Below are positions 11,997 through 22,088 of a DNA stretch of 64,000 nt, in pieces. Numbering within the stretch: the stretch's first letter is position 1; each line of letters opens with the position of its first letter. The notes under the pieces are model-generated. The model was not told where the DNA came from and searched no databases. It saw only the letters and a list, made by a program, of their open reading frames with translations. The stretch is from the NCBI GenBank assembly GCA_965261065.1, contig OZ253444.1, forward strand, positions 3,526,382-3,590,381. The letters run 5' to 3'. Made by a program: the position numbers and the translations under genes. This stretch comes from Bryobacterales bacterium (GTDB lineage: Bacteria; Acidobacteriota; Terriglobia; Bryobacterales; UBA6623).

Positions 11997-14792
11997 ATGG
12001 TTGGCCGCACCATCTCGCACTACAAGATCCTCGATAAGCTCGGGGAGGGCGGCATGGGCGTGGTCTACAAGGCCGAAGACACCCGACTCGACCGGTTGGT
12101 GGCGCTGAAGTTCCTGTCCGTCAGTGAGCGCACCGACGAAGAGGACAAGGCGCGTTTCGCGCGCGAGGCCCGAGCCGCCGCCGCCCTCGACCACCCCAAC
12201 ATCTGCACCGTCTACGAAATCGACGAGGTGGAAGGCCGCTCGTTCATCGCGATGGCCTTCTTGAAAGGCCGAACCGTGCAGCAGATGGTCGAGACCGCGC
12301 CGGTCCCGATCGACGCGGCGTTGGACCTAGCCATGCAAGCCGCCAAGGGGCTCGCGGCGGCCCACCAGAACGGCATCGTTCACCGCGACATCAAGAGCGC
12401 CAACCTGATGGTCACCAACCCCACCGCGGGCAGCGAAGCGCAACTGAAGATCATGGACTTCGGCTTGGCGCAACTCACCGCCGGAGCCAGCAAGCTCACC
12501 GTCGAAGGATCCACTTTGGGGACCGCCGCCTACATGTCTCCGGAGCAGGCCCGCGGCGACAAGGTGGATCACCGCACCGATCTTTGGTCGCTCGGCGTGG
12601 TGTTCCACGAACTGATCACCGGGCAATTGCCATTTCGCGGCGAGTACGAGCAGGCGATCATCTACTCGATCCTCCACGAACCCCCCGAGCCGATCAGCTC
12701 GCTACGTAGTGGAGTAGGCCTCGAGCTCGAGCGCATTGTCAACAAGGCCCTGGCAAAGGACCCCGACGACCGCTACCAAAGCGCTGTGGATCTACTTGTC
12801 GATCTACGTACGCTCAGGAAGGAGCGCGAGTCGATCGTAAGCCGCATCACTCATCCCTCGCACGTCACACAGGCGCACGCCACCCAGGCGGGGACGCCTA
12901 CGGCTTCGGCGTCTGCCCGTATGGGTAAGCCAGCAGCCCCGACCATGGGCAGCGCGGGGACTACCACGCAAGGGGCTCCCTCTGCCGCTCCGCATCGGCA
13001 TCCCTTCTTCCATCGCAGGTGGGTCAAGTTTGCAGGGCTGGGGCTCGCGCTGTTCGTCGTGTTCGTTGCCGCGCGATGGGTGCCGCCCATGTGGGATCGA
13101 CCAATGGGGAAGATGGACGGGCCGCTGTTTGGTTGGCGTGGACGCGGGGAGCCGCCGCGAATCGCCCCCATCACGAGCGATGCGGGGATTGAATCCTTCG
13201 CCTCGTTCTCGCCCGACGCCAGCCAGATTGCCTACACCTGGGACGGCGGGAGCGGAGGCAACTCGAACATCTACGTCAAGCTCATCGACGGCGGGGCCTC
13301 GCTGCGCCTCACCGACAGCTCCGCCATCGACAGCAGCCCCGCCTGGTCGCCCGACGGCCGCAACATAGCCTTCCTGCGCTACCAGCGCGGATCCGCGGGC
13401 GTCTACCTCGTCCCGCCCATCGGCGGGGCCGAACGCAAGATCGCCGACGTCCGGATTCCGCGGCGCAGTCATGTGCTCCGAAACTTGGCCTGGTCACCGG
13501 ACGCCAAGCACCTGGTCCTGGTCGAGGGAGGCGCAGCCGGGGAGCCGGGTGGAACCCAGCTGCTCACGATCAGTAGCGGCGAGCGCACCGCGATTCTCGA
13601 AGGCAGGCGGCGGGGCGGCTTCCGTCACAGCCCTGCGTTCTCACCCGATGGCCGCGCGATCGCCTTCCTGCAGTCCGTGGGCTTGAGCGCTGACGACATC
13701 TACATCGTGAGGCTCGACCAGGATCTTCAAGCAGCCGGCGAGCCGCGGCGAGTGACGGAAGATGAAGCGCGCATCGACGGCCTGGTTTGGGCGGTGGACG
13801 GTGAATCGATCATCTTCTCGTCCGAACGCAACGGCCAAAGGGGGCTGTGGCGTGTACCGGCCCGCGGCGGCCGGATCTTTCCCCTGCCCGGCGCCGGCGA
13901 GGGCGCCCGGCTTCCCGCCGTCTCCGCCGACGACAGCAAGCTCGCGTACACACGGTCGATGCGGGATCTCAACATCTGGCGCCAGAGCCTGGCAGGGGAC
14001 ACCGAGCCCGAACCGCTGATCCGTTCCACCCGCCTCGACCATCTGCCGCGCTATTCGCCCGACGGCCGCCGTATCGCCTTCATCTCTGACCGCACGGGTA
14101 GCATGCAGCTCTGGGTGGCCGACAACGACGGGACCAACGCGCTTCAGCTCACCTCCTACGAGGGCGAGTTGGTCACCCTGCCAAACTGGTCCGCCGATAG
14201 CCGCCGCATCGCGGTGCAAGTCATTGAGCGCGACCGCTCCCACATCGACCTGGTGAACGTCGAAGACCGCTCTCGCCGCCGTCTCGAACTCCCCGAGGAG
14301 GGCGGCATCGCTCCCTCTTGGTCGCACGACGGCCGATGGATCTACCTTACCCGTCGCTTCCAGGGTGTGTGGAAGTTCCCGATTCCCGATGGTGTTGACG
14401 CCGGCGCTGAACCGGTGCAGGTCGTTGCCGCCGGCGGCTTTGCGCAGGTATCGCCGGACGGCAAGTACCTCTATTTGCTTACGCGGGGACGTAGCGAAGG
14501 AGGTGTCATGCGGGTGCCGCTCGATGGCGGGGAAGAGTCGGTACTCCCTATCCAAGCAGCCCGCGGCCAGTTTACGGTCACGGAGTCCGGCATCTACTTC
14601 CTCGGTCGAGGCGGCGATTTCAACCTGTTCGACTTCGCGACAGGCCAAGTGAAGACGCTCGCAACCATCGAGGGCGTGGCAGACGGCTTCCGGGCTGCCT
14701 CATTCTCGGTTTCACCCGACGGTCGCTCGCTGCTGTTCGTCCGCAACGACCGCAACGAAGCCGACCTGATGCTGATCGAAAACCTGCGCTAA
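11997..14792 (+). CDS. Ser/Thr protein kinase fused to TolB-like beta-propeller repeats
   Basis: 931 aa with Hanks-kinase motifs GEGGMGVVYKA, HRDIKSANL and DFG, then a TM segment, then about 9 repeats of the (W/F/Y)SPDG(R/K)xIAF type. Confidence 0.85.
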   Translation: MVGRTISHYKILDKLGEGGMGVVYKAEDTRLDRLVALKFLSVSERTDEEDKARFAREARAAAALDHPNICTVYEIDEVEGRSFIAMAFLKGRTVQQMVETAPVPIDAALDLAMQAAKGLAAAHQNGIVHRDIKSANLMVTNPTAGSEAQLKIMDFGLAQLTAGASKLTVEGSTLGTAAYMSPEQARGDKVDHRTDLWSLGVVFHELITGQLPFRGEYEQAIIYSILHEPPEPISSLRSGVGLELERIVNKALAKDPDDRYQSAVDLLVDLRTLRKERESIVSRITHPSHVTQAHATQAGTPTASASARMGKPAAPTMGSAGTTTQGAPSAAPHRHPFFHRRWVKFAGLGLALFVVFVAARWVPPMWDRPMGKMDGPLFGWRGRGEPPRIAPITSDAGIESFASFSPDASQIAYTWDGGSGGNSNIYVKLIDGGASLRLTDSSAIDSSPAWSPDGRNIAFLRYQRGSAGVYLVPPIGGAERKIADVRIPRRSHVLRNLAWSPDAKHLVLVEGGAAGEPGGTQLLTISSGERTAILEGRRRGGFRHSPAFSPDGRAIAFLQSVGLSADDIYIVRLDQDLQAAGEPRRVTEDEARIDGLVWAVDGESIIFSSERNGQRGLWRVPARGGRIFPLPGAGEGARLPAVSADDSKLAYTRSMRDLNIWRQSLAGDTEPEPLIRSTRLDHLPRYSPDGRRIAFISDRTGSMQLWVADNDGTNALQLTSYEGELVTLPNWSADSRRIAVQVIERDRSHIDLVNVEDRSRRRLELPEEGGIAPSWSHDGRWIYLTRRFQGVWKFPIPDGVDAGAEPVQVVAAGGFAQVSPDGKYLYLLTRGRSEGGVMRVPLDGGEESVLPIQAARGQFTVTESGIYFLGRGGDFNLFDFATGQVKTLATIEGVADGFRAASFSVSPDGRSLLFVRNDRNEADLMLIENLR

Positions 14793-14882
14793 CCAGCCAA
14801 GAGCTGCGCCCTCGATAACCCGAAGTGGCGACGATGCAGCTTGTAGGGGTGGACCGCTGCGTCCGCCCCGGCGCCGGGTATT

Positions 14883-16248
14883 AACCGGGCACATGGGTAA
14901 CACATGATGCCAAGCACATAGGTAACACTTTGAGGCATAGAACATTTCTGGGAGGGAATGCTTTATGCCGTGGCAGGAGACCTGTGTGCGAGACGAGAGA
15001 ACCCATTTTATCGTGGACTGGGAAAGAGACGAGGAGTCGATGGCCGAGCTGTGCCGGCGCTACTCGGTGAGCCGCAAGACCGGCTACAAATGGCTGCAGC
15101 GCTACCAGCAGCAGAGCTGGGAAGGTTTGCAGGACCACTCCCGGGCGCCGCAACGCCATCCCGGTCAGACCGCGGCCGCGATCGAGCAAGAGATTCTCGC
15201 TCTGCGGGTGCAGCACAGTCGCTGAGGTGCGGTCACCTTGAGGGCGCGGCTGCAGCGAAGGCAGCCCGACGTGGCATGGCCGGCGGTGAGCACGATCGGA
15301 AATCTGCTGCGACGACACGGTCTGAGCGTGCCCCGACGACGCCGGCCCCGCGCCGCACCGACCCCGCTGCCGCTGACGCCAGGCAAGCAGCCCAACCAGG
15401 TTTGGTGCGCCGACTTCAAAGGCTGGTTTCGCACCCAAGACGGCCGGCGCTGCGATCCCTTAACGATCTCGGACGCGGCCAGCCGCTACCTGTTGCGGTG
15501 CCCGGCGGTGACGAAACCGGACGGGGACCATGTTCGGCCGTTGTTCGAGGCGACGTTTCGAGAGTTTGGACTGCCGCGGGTGATGCGCACCGACAACGGG
15601 CCGCCGTTTGCGACCCTGGCGGTGCACGGGCTGGGGCGGCTGGCAGTGTGGTGGATCAAGTTGGGGATCTGTCCCGAGCGGATCGAGCCGGGACATCCGG
15701 AACAGAACGGGCGGCATGAGCGGATGCACCGTACGCTGAAGCAAGAGACCGCCGCGCCGCCAGCGGCGAATCTGCGAGCGCAGCAACGGGCGTTTGATGG
15801 CTTTCGCAGCGACTACAACGAGGAGCGACCGCACCAGGGACTGGAGTTGCGAACCCCTGGTGAGTGTTATCACGGCGCGGCGCGGGCGTATCCGTCGCTG
15901 GTGGACGAGCCGGAGTATGCGGCGCCGATGCAGGTGCGGCGCGTGATGGATGGGCGGATTCGCTGGCGGCGTCAACGAGTGTTCGTCGGCAAGGGACTCA
16001 ACGGGGAGCGGGTCGGGGTGGAGGAGATCGAGGAGGGCGTGTGGCGAGTGTGGTTTTCCTTTTATGAGTTGGGAGTATTCGAGGAACGAGAGCGGCGGTT
16101 GCGCCCGAGCAAGGGCCCAGCGGCGGGCCCTTCGTCCGGGGGTGGGACTTGACTCTGGTCGCCCTCCGGGCTCCCTGCGTCAAGCCCCACCCCGGACGAA
16201 AAGTGTTACCTATGTGCTTGGCATAAAGTGTTACCTATGACCCGGTCA
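14883..16248 (+). mobile_element. IS481-family insertion sequence
   Basis: ~48-bp imperfect terminal inverted repeats at 14883-14930 and 16201-16248 (..CCGGGCACATGGGTAACAC...ATGCCAAGCACATAGGTAACACTT) enclose an HTH plus rve-type ORF. Confidence 0.85.
14965..16152 (+). pseudogene. IS481-family transposase with one in-frame TGA
   Basis: ORFs 14965-15225 and 15238-16152 are in the same frame, separated by TGA at 15226-15228 (..LRVQHSR*GAVTLRARL..). DDE contexts are WCADFK, MRTDNGPPF and HPEQNGRHERMHRTLK. Confidence 0.85.
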
Positions 16249-16464
16249 GTTCACTGTAGGCGGCTTCTCTTTCGCGCAGAAACCGAGAGCGACTTCGCAC
16301 GCCGGGGTGGACGCAGCGGTCCACCCCTACACCATGAACTGAGTTGCGAACTGAGCCGGTGGTAGGTACACCTCGCCTAACGAGAACAGAATTCGCGCTA
16401 CGCCCGGCATAACGCTCTAATAGCCCGTTGGTGCGATCTCGTGCTTGATGCTGGCTAGGCGCGG

Positions 16465-17385
16465 CTAGGCGGCAAGCAATCCTGTGCCATTCCCATAGAG
16501 GATCTTGGCCAGCACCTCTTTCGAAGGCGCCAGCCGCCGCAGGGCATCCAAACAAGTCGCGCCGATACAGGTGTTGTCGCGGCGTCCCGCGCCCTTGCCG
16601 TCGTAGCAAGGGCAGTCGCTGCCCCAGATCAATTTGCCGGCATGCCGCTCGAGAAAGCCGCGTGTGAAATCTTCGTCGCGGGTCATGGCGTTGCGGCCCG
16701 AGCCCGCAGCCAGATCTCCATAGATGTTGGGATAGTCGGCCAACAAGCGGTCTGTCAGACCGCCTGGTTTCACCGGGCCCTCGGGATACATATCGGTGGG
16801 GTCGAGGTCCGCGCTGATGTTGCCCCACCAGGTTTGCGCGTGGCCGATGAAGTTCACATCGGGATACGCTTCGAGGATCTTCGGCAGGTTCTCGATCCCC
16901 AGGTTGTACATCTCGTGTTCGAAGTGAAGCAGGACGGGGACCTTGCGGTCCCGCGCCAGATCGAAGATCGCGCGCATTTCTTTCGAGTCGACCGGAACAG
17001 AGAACTTCTCCTCGCCGATGCCGATCGCGCCGCGGTCGAGGTAGGTGGAAAGCGTCTCGACGGCGTTGGGCTCGGCCGGGTCGGCGCAGGCGAACAGCAC
17101 GAAGTCGTGGTCGGCGCTGGCTAACAGCGCCTCGCACTCCGCGTTGTCGCCGATCCGCTCGAGCAGCCAGCCGGCGCCTGCCAGCAGGACGCTCTTCGTC
17201 ACTCCCAACTGCTTCTCGTGAGCAATCAGTTGCTCGTTGGTCCGGCCCAGATGCCGCGTGTGGGTGTGAAGGTCGAGGATTGGCTCAGGAGCCGTGGTGT
17301 CGGCTTCGGGCTGCGTTGCCCCTTCAGAACAGGCCGCGGTGGCGGCAAGGGTGGTGAGGAAGGTACGGCGGTCGAGGTTCGTCAT
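16465..17385 (-). CDS. Tat-exported metal-dependent amidohydrolase
   Basis: The likely start is ATG 17385 (MTNLDRRTFLTTLAATAA, twin-arginine signal). HxH motif DLHTHTRH. The longer listed ORF has an implausible N-terminal extension. Confidence 0.7.
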   Translation of the reverse strand: MTNLDRRTFLTTLAATAACSEGATQPEADTTAPEPILDLHTHTRHLGRTNEQLIAHEKQLGVTKSVLLAGAGWLLERIGDNAECEALLASADHDFVLFACADPAEPNAVETLSTYLDRGAIGIGEEKFSVPVDSKEMRAIFDLARDRKVPVLLHFEHEMYNLGIENLPKILEAYPDVNFIGHAQTWWGNISADLDPTDMYPEGPVKPGGLTDRLLADYPNIYGDLAAGSGRNAMTRDEDFTRGFLERHAGKLIWGSDCPCYDGKGAGRRDNTCIGATCLDALRRLAPSKEVLAKILYGNGTGLLAA

Positions 17386-17469
17386 ATCGGTTGGTCGCAG
17401 AGTTGGGTTCAAGTTGTCTAAGCCCTTCTGAGTCAGTATGATGAGCAATTCAACCCAGGTCAACAATCG

Positions 17470-18477
17470 ATGAAGAGAGTGCGAGCGGGGGTCGTCGGGT
17501 TCACCGGCTACAGCGGTGCTGAGTTGGTGCGGATTCTCCGCAACCATCCCGGTGTCGAGCCGGTCCTGCTGGAGCACCGTAGCCAGTCGGCCGACGACTA
17601 CGCCTTCCTCGATGGCGGGCCGGAGCGCCTGCCGTGCAGCGAGGAGACTTTCAAGAGCGGAGATCTGGCCGTCGTCTTTCTGGCGACGCCCCACGAAGTC
17701 TCGCTCGAACTGGTTCCCCAGATGCTCGACTGCGGGCTAAAGGTGGTCGACCTGAGCGGCGCCTTTCGGCTCCGCACTGTCAACAACTACGATCGCTGGT
17801 ACCAGATGAAGCACACGCGGCCGGACCTGCTCGCGGAAGCCGTTTACGGTCTGCCTGAGTATTTTCGCAATGTTACCAAGGTGGCGCGTTTGGTTTCGAA
17901 CCCGGGGTGCTACCCTACCGCGGCGAACCTTGCGCTACGCCCGTTGGTCGTCGAAGGCGTGCTCGACCGCGAGGCCGGCGTGATCTGCGACGCCAAATCG
18001 GGGGTCAGCGGCGCCGGCAAGAAGCCAAGCGGCAAAACGCACTTCTGCAGCGTTACCGAGAACTTCTCGGCGTACGCCGTGCTTGTACATCGGCATGTGC
18101 CCGAAGTTCTGCTGACGTCGGATCTCGAAGAAAAGGAGCTCAGCTTCACCGCGCAGCTCCTGCCCGTCCATCGCGGCATTCTCGAAACGATCTACGTGCG
18201 CACGGCCGAATCGCTCACGCGCGATGACCTCGAGGCCGTTTACCGCAAGGCTTACGAGAAAGAGCCTTTCATCCGGATTTTTCCCGAGGGAGAATTTCCC
18301 AGCCTGCAGTCGGTGAACCACACAAATTTCTGTGATCTGGGCATCCAGGTTGATCCCGAGACGCGTCGTGTGGTGATCGTCGCGGCCATCGACAACCTGA
18401 TCAAAGGGGCCGCCGGACAGGCCGTGCAGAACATGAACCTCATGCTCGGGTTTCCCGAAACCGAGGCGTTGTTGTAG
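17470..18477 (+). CDS. argC: N-acetyl-gamma-glutamyl-phosphate reductase
   Basis: 335 aa with GFTGYSGAELVRIL and the catalytic Cys context SNPGCYPTA. Confidence 0.9.
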   Translation: MKRVRAGVVGFTGYSGAELVRILRNHPGVEPVLLEHRSQSADDYAFLDGGPERLPCSEETFKSGDLAVVFLATPHEVSLELVPQMLDCGLKVVDLSGAFRLRTVNNYDRWYQMKHTRPDLLAEAVYGLPEYFRNVTKVARLVSNPGCYPTAANLALRPLVVEGVLDREAGVICDAKSGVSGAGKKPSGKTHFCSVTENFSAYAVLVHRHVPEVLLTSDLEEKELSFTAQLLPVHRGILETIYVRTAESLTRDDLEAVYRKAYEKEPFIRIFPEGEFPSLQSVNHTNFCDLGIQVDPETRRVVIVAAIDNLIKGAAGQAVQNMNLMLGFPETEALL

Positions 18478-18521
18478 GCACGGCCGATTCTCGGGCGCTC
18501 CTTTTCCCAACAGGAAAGCAC

Positions 18522-19298
18522 GTGAAGCTGCTGATTAAGATCGGTGGGACGCTCATCGATTCCCCCGAGGCCCGCCAGTCGATGGCCCGAAAGATCGCCG
18601 CGATTGTCCAACCGGATCGCCGCGTCGCGGTCGTTCACGGCGGCGGCAAGCAGCTCAGCCGCTACCTGAAAGAGCAAGGCGTCGACAGCGAGTTTCGCGG
18701 CGGGTTTCGCGTGACGCCGCCGGAAATTCTCGATGCGGTGTTGCGAATTCTCACCGGTTCAGTCAACCATCATTTACTCGCCGCCCTCCGCGAAACCGGC
18801 GTGCAAGCCGTGGGCTTGTCCGGCATTGACGGTGGCATGGTCGAGGCGCGGCAGCTCTCGCCTGAACTAGGGGCGGTGGGCGAGGTCGAGACCGTCGACC
18901 CGTCGCTGCTGGACTTGTTGACCGGTGAGAATTTCTTGCCCGTGGTGGCCTGCATCGCGGGCGGCGCGGGCGGCGCGGTCTACAACGTTAACGCCGATCA
19001 GATGGCCGTCGCCTGCGCCGGAGCCTTCAAGGCCGACCAACTCGTCTTCCTCACCGACGTGGAGGGCGTGCTGGACCGCGACGGGCGCCTCATCTCTCGG
19101 TTGACCGCCGCCGAGGCTCTCAACCTTATCGACACGGGTGTCGCCGGCGGGGGCATGGAGGCGAAGCTGCGCGCCGCTGTCGCCGGCGTCAGCAAGGGCA
19201 TTCCCGAGGTTCGGATCGTCGCGGGGACGCAGCCGGATGTTCTCGAAGGCCTGCTGTCCGACGGCCCGCCGCCAGGCTCCACGCTCGTCCTGGACTAG
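18522..19298 (+). CDS. argB: Acetylglutamate kinase
   Basis: 258 aa with KIGGTLI, VVHGGGKQ and NVNADQMA, characteristic of the amino-acid kinase family (ArgB). Confidence 0.9.
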   Translation: MKLLIKIGGTLIDSPEARQSMARKIAAIVQPDRRVAVVHGGGKQLSRYLKEQGVDSEFRGGFRVTPPEILDAVLRILTGSVNHHLLAALRETGVQAVGLSGIDGGMVEARQLSPELGAVGEVETVDPSLLDLLTGENFLPVVACIAGGAGGAVYNVNADQMAVACAGAFKADQLVFLTDVEGVLDRDGRLISRLTAAEALNLIDTGVAGGGMEAKLRAAVAGVSKGIPEVRIVAGTQPDVLEGLLSDGPPPGSTLVLD

Positions 19299-19677
19299 CC
19301 GCCTGGGCTCTCCGACCCCTCTTTCTAAACAAACCAACCGAGTTTTGTGATGCTGCGTCCCTGCCGGGCGGCTCACCGCGGGGGCTTGTTTGTTTCGGCA
19401 TCCGCGGGCCACTTCGGTATGGAACCTCATCGTAATCAACGGTTTATCTGGATCTTGAACCACGCTCGGCTGCGAGTTACGGGAGGCGTCCGCAGGCCCT
19501 CGACAGCGGGCCGGCAACGCCGCGAAATAAAAAGTTGCAAATAGTATTACCAATTGAGATCGTTTTTGGCATAATATAGATCTCTTTAGGTAATAAGTAA
19601 AGTGTTAAGATAACTTACTTACGTATCGAACGTGACTTGTCTTAAAATCGGTCGTTGCGCCGCGAGGAGGCAGTATC

Positions 19678-20649
19678 GTGAGAACGCAAGCAGTGCAGGT
19701 CAAGAGTGCGGTGGGGCGATTGCTCTGTGATCCCATCTTCCAACCTTCGGGCAAGAAGCTACTGGCCAAGGGCCACCAGATCAGTGAGGAGGATATTCGG
19801 GTTCTGGACCTGGAGGGACACGAAAAGGTTCGGGTGGCGGTGCTCGAGGATGGGGAGGTGCCAGAAGACGAGGCCGGGCTTCGCATCGCTTCCGAAGTCG
19901 CCTGCGGTTCGATGGAGATCCGCCTCAGTGCCGGCGGAAGGGCGAACTTATTCGCGACGGAGAATTGCTGTCTCCTGCTGGATGAGAATTTGCTCAAAGA
20001 GATGAATCAGTCCGGGAGCGTGAGCATCGCGACGATGCCGAACTTCTCGTTCATCGCCCGCGGGCAGCGCCTGGCGAGCGTAAAGAGCACTCCTTTTGCC
20101 GTGCCCAAGAAGGGTTTCGAACGGACGCTGAAGCTGGCCACGAACAAGGGGCCGATGCTGCAGGCGCGCCCCATGCAGAACCCGACGGTCGCTGTGCTTT
20201 ACAGCGACCCCCGCGAGGGGGGCCGTAGCCGACAACTCTTCGAGGGAATCATGCGAACCCGGCTTGAACGCCTGGGAACGTCGGCTTCCTTTGTACTCTC
20301 CGCCATTGAAGAAGAGACTGCGGTCGCACGGGCGCTCGATCATCTGCTGCGCGCGAGACCGACTCTCGTCCTCATGGCTTCCACGACGGCGCCTGCCGGT
20401 CCCGACGACGTTGTGGGGCTGGCGATGGCCAAGGTCGGATGCACCGTCGAAAGCTTTCTGGCCCCGGTTGAACCCGGCAACCTGTTGCTTCTCAGCTACT
20501 CGGGCGATATTCCGGTCGTGGCGGCTCCCGGCTGCTTCCGCTCGCCCAAGCCCAACGTGATCGACTTGGTGCTTCCGCCCCTGCTTGCCAATTACCGGCT
20601 CTCCGCCGGCGAGGTCTCCTCCCTGGGGCACGGGGGATTGCTGGCGTAG
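19678..20649 (+). CDS. Uncharacterised molybdopterin-binding-like (MoeA-related) protein
   Basis: 323 aa. The N-terminal pattern xVxVxxAVGRLLxxxI...KGHxIxEEDIxxL...V.VxxLEDGEVxEDEAGLRIA resembles small molybdopterin-binding proteins. GGAGG lies upstream of the GTG start. Confidence 0.45.
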   Translation: MRTQAVQVKSAVGRLLCDPIFQPSGKKLLAKGHQISEEDIRVLDLEGHEKVRVAVLEDGEVPEDEAGLRIASEVACGSMEIRLSAGGRANLFATENCCLLLDENLLKEMNQSGSVSIATMPNFSFIARGQRLASVKSTPFAVPKKGFERTLKLATNKGPMLQARPMQNPTVAVLYSDPREGGRSRQLFEGIMRTRLERLGTSASFVLSAIEEETAVARALDHLLRARPTLVLMASTTAPAGPDDVVGLAMAKVGCTVESFLAPVEPGNLLLLSYSGDIPVVAAPGCFRSPKPNVIDLVLPPLLANYRLSAGEVSSLGHGGLLA

Positions 20650-20675
20650 GGCATAGTCGGGCTGTATCGACCCGG

Positions 20676-21368
20676 CTACAGAGCTGAGGGAACGCCGCGT
20701 GCGGTCCCCGCGGCTGACTCCGGGGTTGACTCGTCCCCGGATGTGCCGGCCACCCGCTCTTGCGACGTTTGCGGTTCTACGGCATCGAGCTTGCGCGTCT
20801 CGCGCCAGGTGTGGACGATGCGGTGAATCACTGTGATATTCGAGAGCACCGCCAGCACCCACAACACCGGTGCCATGCGATTCGTAACCGCACCGATGAT
20901 GATCAGCACGATGCGTTCGGGGCGCTCCAGAAAACCCACCTTGCAGCTCCCGATGACGTTCTCCGACCGTGCCCGCGTGTAGCTGATCATGATGGAGCCC
21001 GTCATCGCGACCGCCGTCAAGATGATGTAGAAGAACCGGTTGATGCTGGCGTAATACACCAGCAAACCCATGAGCAGGATCAGGTCGGTGTAGCGGTCGA
21101 GCACCGAGTCCAGAAATCCGCCGAAACGAGTCACCCGATTGCTTTGACGCGCCACCGGGCCGTCGATCAGGTCGAACAGCGCTCCGCAAAGCACCACCAC
21201 GCCGGCCGACCGAAAATCGCCGCGCGCGAACAGCCACGCTGCAACCGCGTTAATACCCAGACCGATTGAGGTGAGCGCATTGGGATGAATGCGCGTGCCG
21301 CTCAGCAGACGCACGAGGCCGTCTAGTATCCATTCTCCGGCCCTGCCGATTTTCCCTGTGAGCGCCAT
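20676..21368 (-). CDS. CDP-alcohol phosphatidyltransferase family protein
   Basis: 230 aa, multi-TM, with signature DLIDGPVARQSNRVTRFGGFLDSVLDRYTD (D-G-x2-A-R...G-x3-D-x3-D). Confidence 0.85.
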   Translation of the reverse strand: MALTGKIGRAGEWILDGLVRLLSGTRIHPNALTSIGLGINAVAAWLFARGDFRSAGVVVLCGALFDLIDGPVARQSNRVTRFGGFLDSVLDRYTDLILLMGLLVYYASINRFFYIILTAVAMTGSIMISYTRARSENVIGSCKVGFLERPERIVLIIIGAVTNRMAPVLWVLAVLSNITVIHRIVHTWRETRKLDAVEPQTSQERVAGTSGDESTPESAAGTARGVPSAL

Positions 21369-21410
21369 GACGGGTATGGGGAACCGTCGACGACCGAGCC
21401 CCGACTCGGC

Positions 21411-21893
21411 CTAGCTCCGGTCGTGGACCGTCGTCAACCTCACGACTTCCATCTCCCTCACGCCGCCGGGCGTACGAACCTCGGCGACATCGCCCTCCAC
21501 TTTCCCGAGCAGCGCCTTCCCAATGGGAGATGTGGTGGAAATCTTTCCGTTCGGGGCATCGGCGTCTTCCGACGTCACCAGCAGAAACTCCACTTCCTTG
21601 TCGTTGTTGAGGTCATAGACTACCACGCTGGAACCAAAACCCACCACGCCCCGCGGAATCTTGGTCAGGTCAACCATGCGAAGCTGCGCAAGCCTAGTCT
21701 TGAGCTGTGCCAGACGGGCGCCCACGAAATCCTGACGCTCCTTCGCCGCGTGATACTCGGCGTTCTCACTGAGGTCGCCTAGCTCTCTCGCACGCTGAAT
21801 CTCCTTGGGTAGCTCGTGCTTGAGCTCGTACTCGAGCTTCTTGACCTGTTCTTCCAGTTTTTGAACGAAGTCGAAGGTCATGCCTTGATCCAC
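21411..21893 (-). CDS. greA: Transcription elongation factor GreA
   Basis: 160 aa with an N-terminal coiled coil (...RARELGDLSENAEYHAAKERQ...) and a C-terminal FKBP-like domain. Confidence 0.9.
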   Translation of the reverse strand: MDQGMTFDFVQKLEEQVKKLEYELKHELPKEIQRARELGDLSENAEYHAAKERQDFVGARLAQLKTRLAQLRMVDLTKIPRGVVGFGSSVVVYDLNNDKEVEFLLVTSEDADAPNGKISTTSPIGKALLGKVEGDVAEVRTPGGVREMEVVRLTTVHDRS

Positions 21894-22088
21894 CCGAGGC
21901 TGCCCAGCCTCGCTCTACATCAAAAAGACCGGTTCCGCTTTCGAGAAACCAGCATCCGGAAACAGCCTAACCAGCCCTGATTATAGAACACGGCTCGGAC
22001 GGCCCATCGACGGGTCACTGGCGGGGACCCGTGCTTGCGACGCCTTCTCCGACCCGGTGCTATTCTCTGGTGACCGCCCCAAGGACCG

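Larger units (their letters stand above)
14842..16331. repeat. 32-nt inverted-repeat arms of a palindromic REP-like element, now separated by the IS481 insertion
   Basis: TGTAGGGGTGGACCGCTGCGTCCGCCCCGGCG (14842-14873) matches the complement at 16300-16331 with 1 mismatch. Confidence 0.75.
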
